Below, in pieces: positions 37,295-45,050 of a stretch of DNA of 64,000 nt (positions are counted from its first letter, which is position 1; each line of letters opens with the position of its first letter). A model generated the notes under the pieces. That model saw nothing but the letters and a program-made list of their open reading frames with translations. It was not told the DNA's origin and searched no databases. Origin of the DNA: Chloroflexota bacterium (GTDB taxonomy: Bacteria > Chloroflexota > Anaerolineae > Anaerolineales > JBFLVL01); NCBI GenBank assembly GCA_040758495.1, contig JBFLVL010000006.1, positions 73,498 through 137,497 of the forward strand. The letters are read 5' to 3'. Position numbers and translations under genes: made by a program.

Positions 37295-40200
37295 TTGATA
37301 CCCATGGATAGCTCCCTCACAACAAAAAACATCCTCCGCTGGTTCGTCGTTGTCTCGTTGTTAATCGCTACTCCCTGGACAGGGTGGATTTTAGCCCAAG
37401 GGCAATCTGAAGATCAGACTCCTAATGTGCATATAGTACGCTCCAACGATGAGGGGATTTTGGTGGAATATCTCATGCCCAACCCCGAAGTATTCACCGA
37501 GGCTGTGCAATCAGGAGTTGGAGGACGTCTGGTTATACCTGGAATGTCCCTCTACCAGCAGCCTGGCAAACCACAATTACCCATACAAAGTGTACTGTTG
37601 GGTATACCCCCCAGCGGAGAAGTATCGCTCAATGTGATCCAGGCAGAAGGGGTGATTTTACCAGGTACCTATGATGTCCCTCCTTCCCCACAACCAGCAT
37701 CCATGGAGGAAGATCTCCAACCAGCAGGATGGCTTATTGGTGGGGAGGGTTACGTGGGTCTGCAGACTTTTCCCCAATCCCCGGCAAGCATAACCGATGA
37801 GGCCTGGCTACGCTCGCAGCGCTTAATTCGCCTGGAACTTTTCCCTTTTCAGTACAACCCCAGCCAAAAGACCCTGGTCTGGTACCCTCGATTGCTGGTA
37901 GAGATACGCTTCAGCTCCCAGGCCCGAAAGGCTGCCCAATCCGCTGCCTCAGGATGCCTCTTTGCCCGATGTTTTGAGGCGGCCTCGTTTGAGTCGGTGT
38001 TACAGAGTGCCTTGTTGAATTACGATCAGGCAAAGACATGGAGAATACCCCCCTATCAAAACCCGCAATTGAGCGCTCCAGCACCTGTATTTGCGGATTT
38101 TGCCCCTTCAAACTCCGGTGAGAAATACAAAATCGTTGTGGATACGGATGGTCTCTACACAGTGACGTATGCCGATCTGGTAGCCGCGGGTATGAATGTG
38201 GGCAGTGTAAACCCCCAGAATTTCCAGATGACCAATCAAGGACGGGGGGTTGCCATCTACGTTTCCGGTGAGGGCGACGGCAGTTTCGATCCTAGTGATG
38301 GGATATATTTTTACGGCGAGCAGTTCCGGGGAGATTATCTGGCCAGCCTGTATGCCTCCGAGGGGGAGGACTGGCTGTATCTATTTAACGGCGGACGCAA
38401 ATCGGATTTCAATGCCACCATGCTGGAGAAGTACACGCAAGACAATGTCTACTGGTTGACCGTCGGTTCTACGTCCGGTTTGAGGATGACGACAGTATCA
38501 GGAGACCCAACCGGAAGTTTGGCCTCCACTCCCCAGACTTTCACCGAGACGATACATGCTGAACAACAGATCGTCTGGTGGACATTTCACTTCACCAGCG
38601 AGGACACCTGGTTCTGGGATCACATCAACGATATCACCGCTCCCGTTACCAGGAATTATTCGTTTACGTTGACCAACGTAGCAACCGGAGCTTACAATGC
38701 CACTATCCGTGCCGAGGTAGTGCCCCGGAATCATAACCCGGATTCCAGCCCGGATCACCACACGAAGTTTTATATCCAGAACACCTCCCAACTGATAGAC
38801 GATGCCTATTGGGATGGGAAGGATCGTTATTCTTTTCAATCTGTCATCCCCCAGTCTCAATTGGTAGAAGGAAACAATATTCTCATTTTATGGGCTGAAA
38901 AGACCGCGGGGATGACATCCGACAGGCTGTACTTTGATTGGTTTGAAGTCGAGTATCAACGCCTCTATCAGGCACAAAGCGACGAGTTGACCTTTGGAGG
39001 TGACACTGCCGGTACCTGGAAATACCAGGTGCCAGGTTTTACCTCGGCAGACATTCGGGTGTTTGACATTACAAATCCCCTCCTGCCCACGCAATTTACT
39101 TCCCCGGAGATCGTTGGGGCTTCAGGGACATTTACTGTGACCTTTGAGGCCACCCACGGTGCCGGAGCGGAATTTATTGCTGCGGGGTCTTCCGGTGTAC
39201 ATCCCCCCAAGCAAATTACTCGTTATGTACCCCCCAATTTTGCCGGCCTCCCCGAAGCGGATTACATCTTTATCACCCATGCCGATTTCGCTGCCACCCT
39301 ACAAACCTTAGCGAATTTCCGTGCCGGGCAGGGTATGAGTACTTTGATTGTAGACGTAGCTGATTTGTACAACGAATTCAATTACGGCATCTACCATCCT
39401 ATAGCGATAAAAAATTTCCTGGCGTACACCTTTGCCAACTGGTTAAGCCCTCCAGAGTATGTGCTTTTGGTAGGGAGTGGACACTGGAACTTCCATGGGT
39501 CGCCAAACTACGGCAACCCAGCAATTTATATGCCACCCTATCTGGCTTTTCTTGACCTCAGCCAGGGTGAGGTAGACAGCGCCAACCAACTGGCCATGTT
39601 GGTGGGTGATGACATTTTGCCGGATGTGCATATCGGGCGGCTGCCGGTGAACAATACCACCGAATTAAACACGGTAATAAACAAAATCATCGCCTACGAA
39701 GGTGCGCCGGAAGCAAGCTGGCAGACATACTTTACCTTTGTGGCTGATAACACCCCTGACTCGGCGGGCGATTTTGTAGCCATGTCCGAGAGCGCTATCA
39801 GCAAATTGCCACCGGGAGCAAATGTAGATCGGATTTATTCGAACGACTATGCCAATGATGCGGCACAGGTTCGAACCGCTATCGCTAACAGCCTGAACAT
39901 AACCGGCACCCTGGTTTTGAATTACGTTGGACATGGCTCTATTCAGCGTTGGGCGCATGAAGAGATATTCCGAAACGCGGATGTGGCTACGCTGACGAAC
40001 ATCAACCAATTGCCTGTCGTGCTCTCCATGACCTGTCTGGATGCGTATTGGATTTACCCCAACCAACAGAGCCTCATCAATGAGATGTTGTTCTACACCA
40101 ATGGTGGCGCAGTGACGACCTTTTCGCCAACGGGTTTAGGGGTAGCTACCGGCCATGATGTCTTGCACGCTGGATTTTACGATGCCGTTTTCCATGATAA

Positions 40201-40453
40201 TGAGCAGGTCATGGGGCCGGTGACTTTGTTGGCGAAATTGGACCTCTATGCTACGGGACAGGATTTGGATTTGATCCAAACCTTCACCATTTTTGGTGAC
40301 CCTGCGCTTCACATTCAGGTGCCCAGCAGCCTGGAACCAACACCTACTCCGACACCAACCTTCACTAATACACCCACACCTACTTTTACTCATACCCCAA
40401 CCCCAACCCCGACTCCTTCTAAGATATTCATACCTATAGTGGTTCATCGTTAA
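37295..40453 (+). CDS. Secreted peptidase C25 (gingipain/PorU family) homolog with Thr/Pro-rich C-terminal tail
   Basis: Signal peptide and a GKPQLP propeptide-like motif. The catalytic region reads DYIFITHADF..LLVGSGHWNF..HIGRLPV..NYVGHGSIQRW..LSMTCLDAYW (His/Cys dyad context). The C-terminus is TPTPTPTFTNTPTPTFTHTPTPTPTPS. An alternative ATG at 37304 lies just downstream of a TATAAT at 37290-37295. Confidence 0.8.
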   Translation: MIPMDSSLTTKNILRWFVVVSLLIATPWTGWILAQGQSEDQTPNVHIVRSNDEGILVEYLMPNPEVFTEAVQSGVGGRLVIPGMSLYQQPGKPQLPIQSVLLGIPPSGEVSLNVIQAEGVILPGTYDVPPSPQPASMEEDLQPAGWLIGGEGYVGLQTFPQSPASITDEAWLRSQRLIRLELFPFQYNPSQKTLVWYPRLLVEIRFSSQARKAAQSAASGCLFARCFEAASFESVLQSALLNYDQAKTWRIPPYQNPQLSAPAPVFADFAPSNSGEKYKIVVDTDGLYTVTYADLVAAGMNVGSVNPQNFQMTNQGRGVAIYVSGEGDGSFDPSDGIYFYGEQFRGDYLASLYASEGEDWLYLFNGGRKSDFNATMLEKYTQDNVYWLTVGSTSGLRMTTVSGDPTGSLASTPQTFTETIHAEQQIVWWTFHFTSEDTWFWDHINDITAPVTRNYSFTLTNVATGAYNATIRAEVVPRNHNPDSSPDHHTKFYIQNTSQLIDDAYWDGKDRYSFQSVIPQSQLVEGNNILILWAEKTAGMTSDRLYFDWFEVEYQRLYQAQSDELTFGGDTAGTWKYQVPGFTSADIRVFDITNPLLPTQFTSPEIVGASGTFTVTFEATHGAGAEFIAAGSSGVHPPKQITRYVPPNFAGLPEADYIFITHADFAATLQTLANFRAGQGMSTLIVDVADLYNEFNYGIYHPIAIKNFLAYTFANWLSPPEYVLLVGSGHWNFHGSPNYGNPAIYMPPYLAFLDLSQGEVDSANQLAMLVGDDILPDVHIGRLPVNNTTELNTVINKIIAYEGAPEASWQTYFTFVADNTPDSAGDFVAMSESAISKLPPGANVDRIYSNDYANDAAQVRTAIANSLNITGTLVLNYVGHGSIQRWAHEEIFRNADVATLTNINQLPVVLSMTCLDAYWIYPNQQSLINEMLFYTNGGAVTTFSPTGLGVATGHDVLHAGFYDAVFHDNEQVMGPVTLLAKLDLYATGQDLDLIQTFTIFGDPALHIQVPSSLEPTPTPTPTFTNTPTPTFTHTPTPTPTPSKIFIPIVVHR

Positions 40454-40519
40454 CTGGAGTGGAAGCGAAGTGGTTGATGTGAAATTTAGGGAGGGATTTG
40501 TTATCCCGATGCAAGGATC

Positions 40520-40888
40520 AGGTTCGGCTCGCCTACGGGGGGCAGGCCATACGGGGGGCAGGGGACACTCGACCCGCGAGGATACCCCTGCCCCTCCGTC
40601 AAGGCGACGTCCCACCGTCGCCGTTTCCCTCGGGGGGCAGGGGATACTCGACCCGCGGAGGTCTGTTGGTCGAGTGTGCCCGAAGTGCCCCGCAGTGGCA
40701 CGAAGGGCATGTATCGAGACCAACATCGAGGGGTCTCCCTTGCCCCCCATGCGGGGGGCAGGCAGGCTCGACCCGCGAGGATACCCCTGCTCCTCCGTCA
40801 AGGCGACGTCCCACCGTCGCCGTTTCCCTACTCGACCCGCGATATCCTGCTGGTTTCGTTATTCAAGTGATGCGTAACTCCTGAGGAT
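40520..40888. repeat. Mosaic hairpin-module repeat cluster G
   Basis: Contains two copies of ctcgacccgcgaggatacccctgc-cctccgtcaaggcgacgtcccaccgtcgccgtttccc. It ends with the terminal module ttcaagtgatgcgtaactcct (tgcgtaactcct at 40871-40882). Confidence 0.85.
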
Positions 40889-40910
40889 ATTGGCTTGAAG
40901 AGCAGGAAAT

Positions 40911-41462
40911 ATGGCTAGTAGCTGGAATGAACCGTTGCGCCCAGGCAAAGAGGGGCTGATCGCCTTCAAGGTCAAGGGTGACAGCATGGTTCCTATCCTG
41001 CACCCTGGGGATATCGTTCATGTAGACCCTGGGCCAGGGATATCCTATCGTGTGGGAGATGTGGTGCTCATATTCCGTAAGGAGGAGCTGATCACGCACC
41101 GCTTGCTTTATAAAGTTGTAGAAGGCTGGTACACCAAGGGGGACAATCGTCTGGACCTCGACCCTGTGGTTAATGAACAATCTATGATTGGTAAGGTGGT
41201 CGTTTTGGAGAAGGCCGGGAAAAGGATTGACCTTCAAAAGCCCTTTTGGCGAAGTGCCAATCGGGTAATGGGAAGTCTGCATTGGCTTTTCGTTTTATGC
41301 TTTGATAAAATTCGGTTGTTTGCGTCTTGGAGCAGACTCAACCGTTATCCCTTGTTTAAGCGTTGCGGAAGGAAAACTATGCTCATTATCCAGAAAGCCA
41401 TCTCCGTCACGATACTTTTTAGTGGAAGGGTGTTGGCGATTTTTGATCGGAGGGGAGGATGA
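40911..41462 (+). CDS. S26B (SipW/Sec11/archaeal-type) signal-peptidase-like serine peptidase
   Basis: Boxes KGDSMVPIL, GDIVHV, LITHRLL (His rather than Lys) and YTKGDNRLDLDP. It has no N-terminal TM; a hydrophobic segment sits near the C-terminus. Confidence 0.65.
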   Translation: MASSWNEPLRPGKEGLIAFKVKGDSMVPILHPGDIVHVDPGPGISYRVGDVVLIFRKEELITHRLLYKVVEGWYTKGDNRLDLDPVVNEQSMIGKVVVLEKAGKRIDLQKPFWRSANRVMGSLHWLFVLCFDKIRLFASWSRLNRYPLFKRCGRKTMLIIQKAISVTILFSGRVLAIFDRRGG

Positions 41463-41758
41463 GGTTGACTTTGGAATCGCGCCCTCTTTGCCATCCCGAG
41501 GTGGTCGGTCGGGTCGTGGAGGACGAAGCGGTCATCGTCCTGCCGGAAAAGGGGCAGGTCAAGGTGCTGAACGCGGTAGGAGCGCGCATCTGGTCTCTGC
41601 TGGATGGCTCCCGCAGGGTGAGGGAGGTCGTTGAGGAGTTGTGTAATGAGTACGACGTCACGCACGCGGAAATGGAGTCCGATGCTCTGGCTTTTTTAAC
41701 GGAGTTATTAGAGGAGGGGGCAATCGTATTGTCTTCGGAAGAGATTCCAGAGAGTTGA
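41459..41758 (+). CDS. PqqD-family protein (RiPP recognition element-like)
   Basis: VVEDEAVIVLPEKGQVKVLNAVGARIWSLLDGSRRVREVVEELCNEYDV...DALAFLTELLEEGAIV. ATGA overlap with the peptidase gene. Confidence 0.8.
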   Translation: MRLTLESRPLCHPEVVGRVVEDEAVIVLPEKGQVKVLNAVGARIWSLLDGSRRVREVVEELCNEYDVTHAEMESDALAFLTELLEEGAIVLSSEEIPES

Positions 41759-41785
41759 TCCTTGTCCCATAAAAAAGTATTTTCT

Positions 41786-42610
41786 ATGAAGGTCAGGTAT
41801 CTGATTGGGACAATTGTCATTTTCACCCTGGCGGGTTTAGGCCTTGTCGTTTTTACCCGTGTGGGAAGCGCGGCTGTTACCCTGGTCAGTTTTACGGCTA
41901 CACCTGGTGACAGTAAGGTGACGCTGGATTGGGAAACGGCCTCGGAGATTGATTTCGCCGGCTTTTTTGTCCAGCGCAGTACCCAGGAAGATGGCACCTA
42001 TGCTCGCATCAGCCCCTTCATCCCTGCGGAGGGGGATAGCATTGTGGGGGCAAGGTACAGTTTTGTGGACACGAATGCGGTCAATGGCAGCACCTATTAC
42101 TACAAGCTGGAGGCCATTAATAACGACCAGACGTACGAACTGCACGGCCCCGTTTCGGCTACCCCTGGCAGCTCAATAACCACCACTCCCACGGCCACCC
42201 GCACACCCACCCCAACGACTTCGGGCACGGTATCTCCCAGCCCCACACCCACGCGCACACGGACCCCAACGCGGACCCCTACCCGTGGTACCCCTACCAA
42301 GACTCCAACAGGCACGATTTCCCCCACCGCAACCGACACCCCCTCAGCCACCCCCTCTCCGGAATTCACGGCAACACCGACCGTGACTCCTACCTTTACG
42401 CCCTTTGTAATCTCACTGCCGACTCTGGCCCTGCCCTCAAGGACTCCCACGCCAACGGAAACTCCCCTTCCCCCAAGTGAGGAGGTAGGGGGAGGCCAGG
42501 GATTGCCTATAGGTTTTCGCCTGGGGTTGCTTGCCTTGGGGATTAGCGTGGTGGGCGGAGGGTTGTTCGCTGCGGCGATATATTTCTTTTATAGACGAGG
42601 TGGCTGGTGA
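41786..42610 (+). CDS. Membrane-anchored protein with the shared beta-sandwich-like domain (paralog 3), Thr/Pro-rich linker and C-terminal TM
   Basis: TLVSFTATPGDSKVTLDWETASEIDFAGFFVQRS...GARYSFVDT...YYYKLEAI, then about 100 aa of TPTPT-type linker, then TM + YRRGGW. Confidence 0.75.
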   Translation: MKVRYLIGTIVIFTLAGLGLVVFTRVGSAAVTLVSFTATPGDSKVTLDWETASEIDFAGFFVQRSTQEDGTYARISPFIPAEGDSIVGARYSFVDTNAVNGSTYYYKLEAINNDQTYELHGPVSATPGSSITTTPTATRTPTPTTSGTVSPSPTPTRTRTPTRTPTRGTPTKTPTGTISPTATDTPSATPSPEFTATPTVTPTFTPFVISLPTLALPSRTPTPTETPLPPSEEVGGGQGLPIGFRLGLLALGISVVGGGLFAAAIYFFYRRGGW

Positions 42611-44763
42611 TAGACCGCCTGAATATATTCATTCGGGGGAGAGTCTCTGCACGGCTTTTGGGCATACTGGCTGTCAGTTCCCTGATTTCTGCTTACCTGA
42701 ATGGTTGTTCGCCTTCTGGGAACGTGGTCGGGTCTGACCTGCCTCCCAGTGAGGGAGTGAAGTTAATGATTCCCACCACCGGAATCTACGAAGTCTCCTC
42801 CCAAGCGTTGCGCGCGGTTTGGGGAAAACAAATTGAGCCGGGCACCTTGCAGCTTACGTACGAGGGAGGTCCACAACCCATCTGGCTGGTGAGGGATGGT
42901 AGTGAGTGGCGCCTCCGTTTTTACGCCCAGGCTACGGATAGCGAGTACACTGCAGATAATGTGTATTGGTTATCCGAAGGTGAAACCCCTTGGTTGTTGA
43001 TCAATGAGGTGCCTCATGGGGTAGGGGAGGCGGGCTCCGAGCTGATCCACCAATACACGGCTACTATCCATCAGGAAGAGAATCTGCGTTTTCTGCCCAA
43101 GGTTGAGAGCGGGGATCACTGGTTGTGGCTGGCGATGACCGCACCTCAGGGGGAGACTTTCACCCTGAAACTGGACGCGCTGGCTCCTGGTGGAGGGTAT
43201 CTGCGCGTGGGGCTATGGGGAAGTACGGAGGCGGAGGACAGTGAGGCTGATCATCATCTCCGCGCCAGCCTTAACGGTCAGTTGGTCGCCGAGGCCCGTT
43301 GGGATGGTGTGGGACGCTATGTCCTAGAGGGTGAGGTACCCCCAGGGTTGTTGCGTGAGGGCGAAAACGAAATCAGCCTGGAGGCACCCGGCGATACCGG
43401 CGTGCTTGTAGATACGGTCGTCCTGGATTGGATCGAATTGGATTACCCCCGCTTTCTTGTGCCTGGAGAGGGCCAGCTCAGCTTTGAGGGTTTTGATGGG
43501 ATGATTGGGTTGGTAGGTTTTCCGGAGGGCGTGGATGTTTTCGAGCGTCTTCCGACGGGTGAGATGAACCATTTCACATCGCTTTATCAAAGTGGTGATT
43601 CGTTCTACTTCATGGGACACTCTGGACGGCATTACACTGTTGTGCCCAATGGAGCTTATTTGCAGCCCAGCGCAATGCATCCTGCCTCCTTACTCCCTGA
43701 CCTGCGTGCCTTAGAAGGAGCCGATTATCTGGTCATCGCTCCCCAGGATTTTCTACCCTATGTGGAACCTCTCCTCGAATACCGGCGTCAGCAGGGGTTA
43801 GCGGCTCTGTCCATTCCCGTGGAAGCGGTGTACGACCAGTTCAACTTCGGCTTGCCAGAGCCCCAAGCCATCCAGGCTTTCCTTCGTTACGCCGCAGCTC
43901 AGTGGAATCCCAGCCCTCGCTATCTTTTACTTGTTGGGGATACCACCTACGATGTCCATGGCTATCAGGTATCTACTGATTGGAATAGGATGCCTACTTT
44001 TTGGATGGATACCATCTTTGGAGGTGTGACTGCCTCTGACATATTCTACGCCCTCGTAGATGACGACCCCCGACCGGATATTGCGGTTGGTCGCTTTCCC
44101 GTTCAAACAACTGAGCAGTTGCAGCGTATGATAGCCAAGACCCTGGCTTACGAACAAGATCCCCCACAAGGTGAATGGCAGAGTCTCGTCCTTGGCGTTG
44201 CGGATGGGGATGCTCCGTCCTTTGAAGGCGATGCCCAAGCCTTTTTGGCTCATTTTTCATCCCCTTACAAGACAAGGCTCTTCGTGCCCGAAGCAGGGGA
44301 GCAGGGGGTTAATCAAAAAGTGATAGAGTTTATTAATAAGGGCGTCTTTCTGATCGCCTATTTTGGTCACGGCAGTGTAACCCAGTGGGGCAAAGGTGGT
44401 ATTTTTTACGCCCAGGATGTAGGGCAGCTTGCCAACAGTCATCTGCCCATCATCGTGAACATGACCTGTTTGACAGGATTATTTACCCATCCGCAGGTAG
44501 ATTCGCTGGCTGAGACCTTATTATGGAAAGCGGACGGCGGGGCGGTTGCGGTGCTGGCCCCTACCAGCTTAACGTTACCCCAGGACCAGAATGTGCTCAG
44601 CGATGCGCTGGCTCAGGCCTGGCTAGCGGATGCACCCTCCAGGTTGGGGGAGATACTTCTGCATGCCTGGAACCAGGTTCCCCTGGAGGACGAGACTGTG
44701 AGAGAAGTACTGTATACCTTCCTGCTGTTTGGTGATCCAGCTCTGGTAATACCAGCGCCTTAA
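42607..44763 (+). CDS. Peptidase C25 (gingipain/PorU family) homolog, probable lipoprotein
   Basis: LISAYLNGC lipobox-like signal. The catalytic region reads DYLVIAPQDF..LLLVGDTTYDVHG..AVGRFPV..AYFGHGSVTQW..VNMTCLTGLF. GTGA overlap with the upstream gene. Confidence 0.8.
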   Translation: MIDRLNIFIRGRVSARLLGILAVSSLISAYLNGCSPSGNVVGSDLPPSEGVKLMIPTTGIYEVSSQALRAVWGKQIEPGTLQLTYEGGPQPIWLVRDGSEWRLRFYAQATDSEYTADNVYWLSEGETPWLLINEVPHGVGEAGSELIHQYTATIHQEENLRFLPKVESGDHWLWLAMTAPQGETFTLKLDALAPGGGYLRVGLWGSTEAEDSEADHHLRASLNGQLVAEARWDGVGRYVLEGEVPPGLLREGENEISLEAPGDTGVLVDTVVLDWIELDYPRFLVPGEGQLSFEGFDGMIGLVGFPEGVDVFERLPTGEMNHFTSLYQSGDSFYFMGHSGRHYTVVPNGAYLQPSAMHPASLLPDLRALEGADYLVIAPQDFLPYVEPLLEYRRQQGLAALSIPVEAVYDQFNFGLPEPQAIQAFLRYAAAQWNPSPRYLLLVGDTTYDVHGYQVSTDWNRMPTFWMDTIFGGVTASDIFYALVDDDPRPDIAVGRFPVQTTEQLQRMIAKTLAYEQDPPQGEWQSLVLGVADGDAPSFEGDAQAFLAHFSSPYKTRLFVPEAGEQGVNQKVIEFINKGVFLIAYFGHGSVTQWGKGGIFYAQDVGQLANSHLPIIVNMTCLTGLFTHPQVDSLAETLLWKADGGAVAVLAPTSLTLPQDQNVLSDALAQAWLADAPSRLGEILLHAWNQVPLEDETVREVLYTFLLFGDPALVIPAP

Positions 44764-44798
44764 AAAAGATGCGACGTACTCCTGAAGTACGCCGCATC
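44762..44798 (-). terminator. Rho-independent terminator read on the minus strand (serves the convergent ABC gene; hairpin may act bidirectionally)
   Basis: The plus strand reads aaaaaa-gatgcgacgtact-cctga-agtacgccgcatc. On the minus strand the hairpin is followed by T6. Confidence 0.6.
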
Positions 44799-44828
44799 TA
44801 CACCAGCTATATTGTGATAATCAGACAG

Positions 44829-45043
44829 GGTAACTGCTCAGGCATCCCTCGCACCGGATTGATCCTTCGGCTAGCTCACCTGTGCCTGCGGCACTGGCGC
44901 AGGCAGGACAAGAATCCAGGGCTGACAGACAAAATCTGTTCAAACGGGTTGACAGCTCAGTGCATTTTTTAGTCGGATTTCATCCGACTTTGGTTCTCAG
45001 CCTGAGAATTCATTCTCAGGCGTATGCAGGCTGAGCAGTTACC
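44829..45043 (+). mobile_element. MITE (215 bp) with 13-bp terminal inverted repeats and 6-bp target-site duplication
   Basis: TIRs are ggtaactgctcag (44829-44841) and ctgagcagttacc (45031-45043). They are flanked by direct agacag (44823-44828 and 45044-45049). Internal hairpins are agtcggatttcatccgact and cctgagaattcattctcagg. Confidence 0.85.
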
Positions 45044-45050
45044 AGACAGT

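Noticed and set aside
36126-41758. Classical lasso-peptide gene cluster (PqqD/B1 + leader with YxxPxL-like motif + HprK-like kinase)
   Set aside because: No asparagine-synthetase-like lasso cyclase or transglutaminase-like B2 protease is present in the window. The putative core also has no Asp/Glu at positions 7-9 from any plausible cleavage site. The RRE logic is kept only as a hypothesis for a different chemistry.
37295-44763. Type IX secretion system (because C25/PorU-family proteins are present)
   Set aside because: No PorK/L/M/N, SprA/Sov or PorV homologs were recognised, and no T9SS C-terminal-domain signals. The candidate substrates end in TM + basic tails instead.
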